Assembly: GCA_965649765.1 (NCBI GenBank)
Contig: OZ287751.1
Span: 28,644,001 to 28,708,000, forward strand
DNA from: Bispira polyomma
Taxonomy: Eukaryota
Direction of reading: 5' to 3'
DNA length: 64,000 nucleotides
Shown here: positions 1 to 12,800 of the stretch, piece after piece
Layout: every line of letters begins with the position of its first letter
How positions within the stretch are numbered: the first letter of the stretch is position 1
The notes under the pieces: model-generated
Told to the model about the DNA's origin: nothing
Database searches by the model: none
The model's input: only the letters and a program-made list of their open reading frames with translations
Position numbers and translations under genes: made by a program

Positions 1-1814
1 CAGTAATCTAATACAGTATCCTGGGTTAGCAACCTCGCCTACCAAGAACCAGTGTAAAGAGCGGGTTTGTAACAAAACTGTTTTGTTAAACTTCTTTTTA
101 TTCCAAAAAGAAAAAAAAATTAATCTGGCAAACCAATTATTATTTCACTTCAATAGCCCTTGTTCAAAAACACTGGGTATTCTTTCTAAAATAAATATAT
201 CTAGGTCTATAACCTCAAAGTATATTCCAGATTAAAACTGAGACACCAGTGTTGGCAATTAGTTTTCCAGGTCAATAATTAATTTATTCGACTGATTATA
301 AAAACGTTAATAGATTATTCGCCTGATTTATTACTAGATAAATTAGGACCATCAGATATTTTAATCTGGTAAAAAATTATCAATGAAAAATAGGAGTAGA
401 GAGGGAATATTTTTACACTTTTTGGCAGTGTGGCACCTTGTCGGAGGTATGAGCTCTACTGAATGCCTATCCAGTTAATATACTAGTTTCTGTCTTTCCA
501 CTCTCATGGCATCATGTCTTAATGTCACAGGGCACAGAGAGTTGATATACCCGTTAAATAGTACTGGAGATGCCAAATAAACCCACAGCCCGAGGGTGAA
601 ATTAGACCATGACGTTGTACACAGACACCCCCAAATGAATATTTGTACCATATACAAACTTCCTCTGCCTCACAGTTTCTGAGAACTAGTTTCTAACAAA
701 CTTAATCACTGGCCATCCGCCCACCACCCCCCCCCCCCCCCCCGATTGAAAACAATACCCTAGAGTGTATGTATAGCGTTGTGGGTGTAAATAACTTTAC
801 CATTGAACCCCTTTAAGTTCAACCTCCAGGGACTTATAGAAACAAGCAGCACTTCAATTTAACTCGTTAGATTTGATTTCAAATCATTTGAAAGAGAAAA
901 GGCTATTGTGGGACTACATGTAATTGCTCCACATGATCAAAGGGAAATCGTTTTTAAACAAGAGTTCTACTTTAAAAAGGGGGTTCGGCTGTACATGTAT
1001 GTTACTATTTTAATCTTCAACAATAAGTAGTAGTAGTAGTTAGTAGTAGTAGTAAGGACCCATACTAGGAAAAGGCCACTTAACAAGTTAACAACCTAAC
1101 AACGATGCAACTTAAAGTCACTATACAAAAAGTAACACCAGTCATGTGAACTGAATTCATTTACAACACAATACTGCTCAATATAAACTACAGAAAGAAA
1201 ATAAAATAACTGCCCTGTGGCTGAATGATTATCCATAAAATGTAATTGAAAAAAAAACAATAAAGCATTCAGGTGGCAACTATAAATAGTATAGTACCTG
1301 TAGAACCTCCCTTATCCAAACAACCCATTAGTGAAGAAGATTTTGGGGGCTGGCTACTAGAAGATGACACTGTAGTATACATAGTATACATGCATCAATA
1401 GTTAAAGTTTGACAACTGGAAAACGGTTTAGAGAGCGTAAGGAATCTAAAAGTTACCACTGTATCAGAAATTTGCCCCCTCGCTTTCCAAAAACATCGGA
1501 GGGCACAACAAAAGAAACAATTAATTTCGCAAACAAATGTAAAATTTTTGATAAATGTATTCAACAAAATTCCCATTATATGTGTAGTAACATTATTTCC
1601 ATTCGACATGAATTAGCCATTTTTTGACATATGGTGATAATCGATTAAACGCTAGTGAATAATCCATTGATTTGATTGATACTTTGATCTATTGGTATAG
1701 CCATAACCAGTTTGGATAACAGAGGCTCTACTATACTGGTCAATGATAACAAATGTGACCTCAAGAACCACCTTTTTCATACACGTTTTCCTATGGTTTT
1801 TAAAGTCTTCATCT

Positions 1815-1871
1815 CTATTGCTTCTTTTTCTTACTGCTGCCAATATTTTTCAATGCCCACTCAATACCCTC
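1815..1871 (-). pseudogene. ARL3: ARL3-like terminal exon (EGIEWALKNIGSSKKKKQ*)
   Basis: ttttag acceptor, phase 0; resembles the ARL3 C-terminus (DGMxWVxKN...KKK). Confidence 0.8.
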
Positions 1872-2678
1872 CTAAAACAAAATCATATTGATATGTCAAA
1901 AGTAAAAGTCTACTGTACAAAATAATCATCATATACAAATATATTAAAGCAACAAAAACTGAATGTCCGAATAGACAAACTGTTCGTCAACTCCACCAGG
2001 GGGGAAATGAAAAAAAATATACAAAGAAATGTTTCATGAATTATTACATGAGGATGGGAACCAATTGTAAAATAATTTGTAGCAACTTCTATGGTTGTTA
2101 CTAGAGGTCAGATAACGATAACAGGCCCAGCAAGTACCTGACAAACTTTTTCACATGAAGAAAGAAACTGGAATTCAATCACCAGAAGTGAGAGGCTAGT
2201 GATTTTAAAGCAGACGCTTATAACCACTAGGCAAGTACCTGTCAAACTTTGTCACATGAAAAAGGAATCTGTGGAATTCGATCCCCAGAGGTGAGAGGCC
2301 AGTGATTTTAAAGCAGATACTTATAACCACTGCGAGGATTGTAAAAAGACACTGTTAACTAAATAACCTAACCTACGTTATGTGGAGTCAATGATGTCTT
2401 GCCTGGTGACACACCTGCGTCAAGTTGACACAAGTTGTTGGTAAAACGTGTACAGTAGGACATCTTTAATTATCTCAACATAGTGAGAGAAGAACAAATA
2501 TATTGTTCAGACAATAGAAAAAGTTCATAAACTAGGAAACATTTTACTATAAAACAGTTAGAAAAAAAATACAAATTTTGGAAAGAAGAAATAAAATTGT
2601 CTTCATAATACCAAAAAAATTGGATATTTTTAGAAGTTTGGATAAAGGAGGTTCTATAGTTTAAATTAAATACTATAC

Positions 2679-2865
2679 CTTGATTCCTTCCCCAGATAGT
2701 GCAGAACAACTCTGAATTTGCCTATTTCCTATCCTTTATCTGATGTAATTGTAATCCTTCTGCTATTTCAGCACTTACTGCAGCATTGAATAAGTCTTGT
2801 TTATTTGCAAATACCAACACTGGCACACCCGTTAGTTTTTCTTCATCCAATAAGTTACTCAGTTC
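2679..2865 (-). pseudogene. ARL3: ARL3-like penultimate exon with 1-bp insertion (frameshift/stop)
   Basis: [25 protein letters not shown]...[15 protein letters not shown][tagg]QIQSCSALSGEGIK. The Trp codon tgg has become tagg. Acceptor ttcag, donor gtatag; 187 nt = 186+1. Confidence 0.85.
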
Positions 2866-3355
2866 CTGAAAAATATATTCTGTTATATACAAGTTGAGAT
2901 TTTGTACAAGTTGCAACTTTTTTAACATTGTACAAATTGCAACTTGTACAATCTACATATTAATCTTTTACAAGATGAGATCTACATTTAGTTAATCTTA
3001 TGTTTTTGTTAATTGTTCTTGGATACATTTGCAAGTCATATCAGGCTTATTCACATTATATTATGTTGTAAGATTTTTTTTTATAAGAATAAAATATTCA
3101 CGCAAATTTTAACTACTACTTGTGTATTGTGAATTTCTTATGATGAAATTAATGTCTATACCAGTAAATATGCGACAATATGCATAAAGCGTGATCGCTT
3201 ATAGTTTCTGTCAATTTGCATAATGCCTTGATAAAATGATATGATGGGAATCTCCGGGAAATATATTTCTTGCACGATGTTCAAAATCCATGTCAAACAC
3301 ACAGTATCAAGCATGATAGGTTATTATTTACACTCTTACATCAATCTTTCTACAA

Positions 3356-3358
<3 letters not shown>

Positions 3359-3386
<28 letters not shown>
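3359..3386. repeat. (GA)n microsatellite
   Basis: Uninterrupted GA run. Confidence 0.95.
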
Positions 3387-3388
<2 letters not shown>

Positions 3389-6300
3389 ATCTGTTGCCAC
3401 TGCTAAGAGTACCAAGAGAAAACCAAGAGGCAAGATACGGCGACTAGTGAAGGGGACTGATTTAAATGTGGTTTCATTTAGCCTTAAAAATAAGTGCATA
3501 TATGCATATTTTATTAAATCAACTACTCTAACTGTAAATAGCATGGTACTTACATAACCCTAATGGCCGCCAGGTTCACCTTTATTCCAAATTTCAAAAA
3601 CTTTACGACATCTCACTTTAGCAATGGTTACAGCACCTTGAGGTGCTGAGTGTACACGTTGAAGGCAACAGGTGTCAGGTTAACCTGCACATTAAGGGGT
3701 TCCTGTTGCTCTTGGTGTAACCTTATCTGTATGTAAGACCTTTAGTTAATTCCACCTTAACTTGTGTGTATATTTAATTATTGATGTTTAATATAGATAT
3801 GTAGGACTTTTGTCACCCTTGGATTAATAAAAATATATTCCCTCCTTCTGCTTATCACTCTGAACTTCAAGGTCACCTGTAGGGATTAATACTGATGCGA
3901 GGACTGCCACGACAAATGATTCGGGACACAAACAACACCAACAGTAGATGGTAGATTCAAATGATATGTGTTTTTTTTTTTTATCCTTTTGAGTATACAT
4001 ACAGTTAGCATGAATGATGTATCTTCAAGATGTCTTCATTAAAAGGGAATAGCAGGTTAAGGGTAACACCTATTGTTTTTTACTTGATGTGCAGGACTAT
4101 TAGGAAACAAGGTATTTAGCATATCTTTGTCACAGAATGTTCTGGAATTTTAAGCAGGTTTGGAAGCTATAGTTTGCCAGATTTGTGGTTTTATAGCCTT
4201 GTACACAGTTTAGTGCATTGTGAAATCTAAAAAAGTGAGACCAAACATTCACTGGTGTGAAAATGGTGAAAGTATAAAATCACCTTTTAAAATTAATTAG
4301 AATGAATATCAGGCAATATAGCGTGACACTTCTTGTTTATGGTCTCTTCAAACAAAAGCTATAAAAGCTTTCCTTCTTCAGTGATCATTATAGAATAATG
4401 ACTGACTGGTTTCTCTCACTGAAATTATGTATTTTATTATCATGCAAATATTTTAGCTTTTGACTTTTTTAGTTCGTTTTATAGATGTTTTATGGGTTTA
4501 TGTCACCAAAGAATTTTATCACGTGTTGAAGTTTGAAAGAAAACTCTTAGTTTTTAATATTTTATTTTACCGTTAAGAATATTTTTGATTTTCATGTGAA
4601 ATTTTTACTTTTAAGTTTTAAAATTCCAGCTCCAGTTAAAAATATCCTCAATTTACCACTTTTCAGAAAGTGAATTATCATATTCGTATTCAGACTTTGA
4701 CACTTCTTGATTGTGTTTCAATTACTTTCTATGATACTTTGGCCTGTAAATCTTTAAAGAAAGGTATTCTAAATTGGCTCTTTTATTCAAAAGAATCTTG
4801 AAGTGCTATAGTCCCAGTTACATGAAACAATAAAAAGTAGAATTTTTTTTTTCTTTTTTTTTTGACTAACACAAACCTAACAAATTGTTATTCCAATTTG
4901 GTAACTTTAAATAATTCAAATATAATTTTATGCCCCATATTTTTATCATTTAATTGTTTGTTTTTTTTAATTAGTGACATTTTATTCTGGCTAAAACTAA
5001 CTGCAGTGGTGGCCTTGTGTTTAGAAGACCCTGATTCACAATAACTGTCCTGTCACCAATGTGGATTTGAATCCTGTTCGTTATTTAAAGAGGGAAAGTT
5101 TAGCAGGAGTTTGCCATAGGTATGTGGTTTACAGTGCTGAAGAGCACTGGTTTCTTCAACCAGTAAAACTGGCTACCACGGTATAACCTAACCTGTTCAA
5201 TTACAATTCCTGCTGAAACCTCTGACAAAGAATGTGATGTAGTTACTGTATTCAGACTTATGCTATCTTCCTTTATCTGGTATTATAAATTCTTATGAAC
5301 CTTTTAGCCAACCTGCACCACAAACTGTCATTCTCCTAACTGAAGAGACAGGCTTGAAGATCACTCTCAATGTCCCCAAGGTTCTTTGGCCTGCGACTGG
5401 AGATAGGACCCATTACCAAAGGACTGCTATGTTAAGTCGTAATCCAAGCCACTATATGTCCACCTTGGCTCCTCAAACTGGGATCAAAACCCAAGTCCCT
5501 TACCCCCCCCCCCCCCCCTTAAGCGGGTATGTTACCCACCACTAGGCCACAGTCGTAGATTATCAAATCTTGTTCTGTCCATAATGCATCAGTGATTATA
5601 TTATTAAATGTACCCGGGCTTTTACAATGTATATAAGCATAAATCAAATTGAACAAGAGTACCATATATTGCATGTAAGGTAAAGAAAAAGGAACGCCTT
5701 ACAATATACACTGTCATCCTGTGTCACCAGTGTACACCGAAGTCCCATTATAAACATTAATCAAAAAACATAGATATGGTGGTCGTTTAGTAGCTCCAGG
5801 GTAATCAAACAAAGAAGTACAATACATCTAACGTTTGACCTCAGGGGAAGCAAAATGACCTTAAGAATTGTATGAGTAATGCTGAATACATATGTCAGTA
5901 TTTATGCAGCAACTAACATCTTCGATCATGTATTTCTTCAGTTGTTAAATTAAAAGCAACTTCATTCACAGTTTTTGCAGCACAGTGCAAAATCTAAAAT
6001 TTGGTTGACTCATTTGGTACAATTACTATTTAAGAAAGTATTTGACACTAAATTGAATAAAACACACATCTGACAAAGACATGTTAGAGAAGCACGTAGT
6101 ACTACATCAAGGTGAAACTGTTTTGTTTACAACAAGGTTAGTGTGTAAACATCAACAAGATAGTAGAATACTTCGCAACTATGACTCATTGGGATGCTTG
6201 ATATCTAGAAAAAAAAATCTAAAGTTTGAGCTGAAGTAGCTTCTTATTCTTTAAATTGATTGGTTACTGGTTATTACTTCGTGTTCTCTAAATTGCAATA

Positions 6301-6847
6301 AATTAAAGAGTATTATTATTATTCATGAAAGAAAATTCCCCTATTTTAATGTTAGAAAACCTTTGTACACGTTGTTTTTGTTTGTTTAGTTTTAACATAA
6401 TCAATTTGTGCATGTACAAGGGGAGTTCAAGACACCACTTAAGCTCCAAAGTTAAGAGTGATAATCAAACCAACTCTGGTGATTCAGTCCCTGTAAACAA
6501 ATGGTGTCAGTTGTACGAATGGTACAAGATACATCAACACAATCATTATTTTTTAATTTGAAAATGCACTCTCTTCAACAGACCTAGTGTCATTGCTATT
6601 TTTACTATTTTATTATTTGAAATTAATTTTGTAACACATTATGCTATTCTATACTTTTTCACAGATCTTTTGGGTTCCATTGATATATCACTTTTTAACT
6701 TTCATTTCTTTCAGAAATACCTGACAGGTTAGGTTTGAAGACATTTACTTTTTACCAAGAATTTATTTAGACACTTGAAAGACCTGGCGAAGTTTCAAAT
6801 AAAACAGCATAATGTATTTAGGTTCATAGTTTTCTATGCATACAATT

Positions 6848-7065
6848 GGGGGCTCGGTCGTGTAGTGGTTAACGATGTCGCCTCCCACCTGTGAGGTCGT
6901 GGGATTAAATCTAACCTTTATGTGGGAAAATTGGCAGTTACTTGTCGATGACAGTTGGTTTACAGTGAAGACTCTTGAATCTATACACTGCTTTTCTCCA
7001 CCAGTAAAACTGCCCGTCGTAATATGATGTACACAATCCGTTAAAAGATACTTTAAACCTCAATC
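6848..7065 (+). mobile_element. Older tRNA-derived SINE related to family A (similar remnants at about 5005-5200, 12650-12842, 37295-37520)
   Basis: tRNA-like head plus gtgggaaa..ggcagttactt..ccaccagtaaaactg central block. Confidence 0.7.
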
Positions 7066-8169
7066 AATCAATATATGCATGTACATATTCTTTCACAACT
7101 TTGGTTTCTGTCTTAGTTGTTGTAAAGGCATTTGTTGAATTATTTTCACAGTACAGATGTACTTGTTTATCAAAAACTATGCTCTTCATTAATTTCATGT
7201 ATACAAGCAATGGTCTAGTTATTTCCAGCGCTAGAATAATATTTTGCACCTGTGTTCACACATATAATGTTTTCTTAAAGGCACCGTCTATATTTACACA
7301 CACACACATATATATAAGGTAAAAACTAATTTCAGAACACTATACTATCAAAGAGTCTTAACTGATATCTGCTTTTAAAAAACCAACCCTATATATGGAC
7401 AAGACGAGACTTTCTAAAGAGTGTTTACAACCAAACTGCCCCCCTCTATAAGATCTCATTACTCTGGGTTTTTTTCTTTGCCATATTATTCTTGTAATTG
7501 GTGATTTAAATGACTTAACTTTCTATCACCTGGTATAATGGCTATTATCTGTTTTTATTTCCAGAGCTTACACATTTAGTCTATGTTGGTACATTGTAAT
7601 ACTATCAATAATCATTTATGTACACTACATAAATAAAATCAATATTGAGCTTCCTGTAAGAACACTATACCATCTATTTTAAGTATAATACAGTATATTG
7701 AGGTTAGGTTTCCTTAAGAGGTTTGGCATGGCTCCTGCCAAGACTAAAGTACACAGTGTGTAGGTTCCACAGATGTGTATGATTTATGTGTTTTGTGTAT
7801 GACTTGGTGAATGTTGTTTTCAGCATTGACTCTTTTTATCCCTCTGGTTTTTTGGTTCTGTGGTGGAATATACCTCTATGTTTTATGTCATTGAACAAAA
7901 GATAAAGTCTCCGTTTCACTGTAATTCATTTTTTTCTTTTTTTTTTTGTTTAACGTCTGGTGGTTATTGAAGCATTAAGTTGGAAAGACAGGTTTTTTCA
8001 GCTGGCTAGGTTGAACGAATCTGGAGACATATATATATTAATCAGACATTTTATTTTTAGTTACCAGTCATATTTTCCAAGGCACCCACTGGAACCATTA
8101 TTATAGAAGGTTTATTAAAGCCTCAACAGGGGGTTTGGTCACAGTTTACAGTGTTGTTTCTTGGACCCC

Positions 8170-8302
8170 ATTGGTTCAGCAACTGTGATGTAAGTAGAGT
8201 TGACTCACCATCCCATCATTGCCTTTATATAAAGGAGTTGTCAGTGGTCGTTGTATCACTCATATGGTGGAGATACATACGTAGATCTCTTCCTAATCAC
8301 AG
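8170..8302 (+). promoter_or_regulatory. Putative TEP core promoter and non-coding first exon
   Basis: Reverse CCAAT (ATTGG 8170-8174), AP-1 site TGACTCA 8201-8207, TATATAAAG from 8226, initiator-like TCACT with A at 8258 (32 nt from the TATA), then donor cag|gtaaga at 8302/8303. The ATG exon has its own acceptor, so an upstream UTR exon is expected. Confidence 0.6.
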
Positions 8303-9824
8303 GTAAGAGCTGCTTGAACTTTTTAATCTTCAGCAAAATAAGATCTGTTTTAAATATATATAACCCTAATTGCAGAATTAGTAAAAGAAAAATGTATTGT
8401 TTTCTGACATCAACAAATGTATACCACATATTAAGAACTGGAATTATATTAGTTTTAAATTTTGCAAAGTATATTTTGCAATAACTAATTAGTATAATAA
8501 GCAACCCTTTCAGTAGAAAAAAAGAGCTCTGTTAAGTTAGATTTTTTTCAGAAGAGGTGTAAATTCACGCTCCAACCCAAAAAAATTCTTGATTGTTTTA
8601 TCTTGTTAACTAGGTGTCCTGTTCAAGTAGAATCCCTCTGTATAGATTCCTTGATATTTGACTTACTCAGAATATAGTGTACAATCTGATCCATGCATGG
8701 TCTGCTGTAAGCCTAGTGGCTAGGGAGTTGGTCTGGTCATCAGAAAGTCTAGGGTTCCCTACACTATAATGGTTTTTGAGGATAACATCATCGGGCAAGA
8801 TATGAATAAGCCATTATCTGCTGATAACGACTAATTGGCTATATGTATTAGGGTCATGATTAATGATTTATTGCTTCTGATGTTTCACATTAGGAGATAA
8901 GGTCTGTTAAAAATATACAATATATAATATGCAATAAGTATATAGTGAAACCTTAATTGTAAACTGTTTGATATATCCAGATGACAGTTCTATAGACGTT
9001 TATTAGACTCACTGTAAATGTACCGGGCCCGTATTCACTAATGGTCTTAGCCAAGTCTAAGGCTTAAATCTAGTATACTTTTGTGCTAGATTTAAGCCTA
9101 AAACTTGGCTAAGTGTGTAAGTAAATACGGGCCCAGGTTCCAGCTCAATAGTTTGTATTATTATATTCTTTTTCCAGTCTTAATTTTTCATTGGTGGCTG
9201 TACTTTTATGATGGTTATGACGAAATGAGTAATCAAAGCTATATATTAAGCTATTCATTGAATCTTATACACGTTATTTCATTTCATGACACATTACGAA
9301 TCTTAATATGTATTACCCAATTTAACAATGGTACTTGACTAGTGGCCTATAAAAAGGGAGACAGATGTTTGAAACTGTAGTTTTCAATAGTTAATGGTTT
9401 TAATAGTTTTGAAAAATGTCTAATAAAAATACTGAAATTTTGTAATAAACTTAAAACTATCCATGAATCACTGATTTCTTTCATATCAAAAAATTTACCT
9501 AGCTTCTGAAATATTGAAAACATTTTTCGGTTCTTCAATTTTTAATAAAAAATTCAGCAACACACTACACTGTAGTTAATTTTAAATTTTATTCTTATTT
9601 GCCTTCCAGATATGAGAAAAAATGCACCACTAATATCACATTTTTAAACGAAGCCTGTTCTATAGCAGTTGTGCTTATAATGTCTGTAGCCACTCTGGAA
9701 AAAAATGTCCTCCGGTACATATTCTTCTCTGTATGCTCCGTGTACATGGCCAAGTAGCTAAATAAAAGCTGATGCTTGCACTCAGTAACTGTTTGTGTTT
9801 TGTTCTATAGAAGTTGATGCTAGC

Positions 9825-9898
9825 ATGAACCTTCAGATGCTTACCTCTCTGGCCTTAGTGGCTATATTCTTGCTGGTGGAGAGCACTGAGGCTAAAAG
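9825..9898 (+). CDS. TEP coding exon 1 (signal peptide [24 protein letters not shown])
   Basis: Acceptor tatag at 9810, ATG at 9825, hydrophobic core followed by T-E-A; phase-2 donor ag|gtaggg matches the next exon. Confidence 0.85.
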
Positions 9899-12800
9899 GT
9901 AGGGAACTTCTACAGTGGTGGAATCAATACAATGTATATGTAGAGTCGTGTGAGAAGATGTAACTAGTGGAAATCTAGAATTATAACGATCTTGTTAAGA
10001 GTTTCTAAAATTAACTCTTGGAATTTGAGAATACATTTTGTATATTTAAATAATTCAGTAACGAGTTTCTTTCATTATATACTGTAAACTAAAATAGCGA
10101 CAAAGGCTATGCCTATCACGTGTCTAGACCGAGTTTTCTGTCCTCAACAATGCTTTTATCTTTACTGATGGGAGGAACACATGCTTAGGGGACAGAGCGG
10201 TTACCATAAACAAAACTTCACAAATCTTTACTATCTAATTATTGGTAACGGCTAAATAGTGTAATACTGTAATATCCAGTACTTTAATAAATGGTAATTA
10301 TATCTCATGGTGTCACAATAATTCATTTAACTTATGCATTTGAAGTTTGTGTTAATTTTAATGGTTTTAACTGGTACAAATAGGACAATAAAAGGGTTCA
10401 CCCAATAAAAGAAATCTTAAATATAATTTTAGGCCAGAAATGCAATGGTAAAGTTTTACCATCTAAATATTTAAGGCTAGTATTTTTTAATTAAAGAACA
10501 ACTAACCGTTTCTGCTAAATGACTACACTAATCTGTATGTAATTAGAAGCACACAATTTTGTATACAGTTTGTATGATGAAAAAGGTACCAAGAAAGTAC
10601 AAGTATAACTTGCGAAATGAGAATTGCACTGAAAAGAAACAGTACAAAAATTGGAGGCAGTGAAGTCTAGTTTCAGCTCTACTTACGACTTAATAAATAG
10701 TAAAGAACCTCTATTATCTGAACATGTCGGGGGGAGTGTGATTCTGTTGGGACAAAAAAAAATGTTCATGCAAAAAGAAGAAGTACTTTAGTATCAACGA
10801 ATAGGATAATGTGTAAATGGGTTAAAATGTGTTAAAATTGAACATTCAGATAAGAGAAGTTCAGATAAGAGAAGTTCAGATAATAGAGGTTCTCTTTTAC
10901 TGTACATTACTTGAATATTATCACAAATACATGGCTGGGGTACAAACTACAGTGGAACCTCTATTATCCAACCCTCTATTATCTGAATATTTCATTTTAC
11001 GGACTTAATTTCACTCTCCCAAACTTTTTTTTTACTATATTTTGTTTCATACTAAAGTGCCACTTCTAGTTTATGGACCCTCTGTTATCCAAACAAATTT
11101 TCACTCTCCCAAGGTGTCCATAAAATAGAGGTTCTACTGTACCACAAGTTGACAGTATAGTTGGTTCTTGTTGATTCAATGGTTTTCTAAATTCGATAGT
11201 TGTCGCTTCCCACCATTAATCAAATGTATTTTGTATCATTAACAAGCCGACATAATCCTTTAAATGTCTTGATTATTATATAACTTCAGTTTTCACCAAG
11301 GAATATATTTTTAATGATGAAATAAACCCTTAAAGAAAAAGTTAAAACTATCGAATTTATGAGACACAAGCCTGCTATAACTTGAATGTTTCCATTTTCT
11401 TTTTGATTAATTGTATATGGCTCTTTTAATAGATCTACTACACAAACATATCAGCCATATCTAAAAAGAAAAATGACTATTTTTGTACACATGTCTTCTG
11501 TACAAGTTTAATGATGACATGGCCTTGTCTACGACCTAAATGCATGGTATATTTCTAATGGAAAAGAATGGAAGTGTTACATTAGAATCTTAGCACCAGG
11601 TCGAAGTGATGTACATGTACAACTATACATCTCTTGTTATTTTGTCCTTGTTCATTAATACTATAACCTTCCGGAGACAAATATCTATACAAATCTATAA
11701 TATACATAGATATAATACACATGTCCTGAACAAATTTACATGTTCAAAACTAGGCCCCTGTTTATCTGTAAAAAAGATTTTCATTGGTCCTATAATAATT
11801 AAATTTCTCAAGATGATGCATCTGTGGTATAAAAAAAAACTGGCTCAAAGAAAATATAGTTTAGGAGAGTGACAAGTTCATTCATATGGTAATGTTTGGT
11901 GGGAAAATGATCATCATGTAAATCAATCTCTGAGAAAAATAAATACTTAAGAATTTAAAGAATTGAAATGACGTGTATACCACACATTGAAATAAAATAA
12001 TGAATTTTTAAAATGTTGACTTATTTGGTAAGGAAAGAAAAACCAGAAAATTAAAAAAAATATATTACTATACCTTATTAAATTGTGTAAAAATAACTTT
12101 ATAAACTTAATTCCACTCTTTCAAATTTATGTTTTCCTATTGTTTTATACAGAAATGCCTCTTATATTATAGGAACCTTCTTGTTATCTGAACAAAATTT
12201 GGTTTTCTCCCCAACATGTTCAGATAATAGAGGTTCTACTGTAACACTGGAGATCCCACCTAACTCTTGCCATGTTTTAATACGACTGACACCAGTGACA
12301 GCAGATTGTAGTGTTTTCAAGTGACTGTGTGATTTTGGTCAGAATAAAATATTTCTATGTTAACAGCCAGTGCCGAACAATTTGTTTGCTACTAAAGGGC
12401 TCTACAGACTTCCCACGACACAGCACTACATAAACATAGAAACAAGACAATAATAATTGAATATTAAGACTCGTCCCAGCACGACACTGGACGACACTGC
12501 AATTGGCCTGTGAGAAATCTACAAAAAAAAACGTGCCATGTCATGTCGTGGGAAGCCTGTAAAGCCCTTTAGGAAACACACTTAGTATGACCATTATAAG
12601 AGTGATAGGATGGGTGTTATCTATCAGCTATCTGCTACATAGAATTTAGAATTTAGTTGGGCTTTACGTCGCTTTTAACAGCTTAGGTCACATAAGAACG
12701 GTCAGATTCAATGGTGGAAGGAACCAGTGCTGAAGCACAAAACTTTCCCACATAAAGGAACGAACAGGATTCAAACCATTATTGATGAGAGGGCCAGTGA

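Noticed and set aside
2722-2928. Stand-alone 68-aa ORF from the ORF track
   Set aside because: Its N-terminal part is intron; the real unit is the 2679-2865 ARL3-like exon.
6848-6920. tRNA genes at A/B-box-like sequences (also about 30570, 32405, 51190)
   Set aside because: No complete cloverleaf; each continues into a shared SINE body, some with tails and TSDs.
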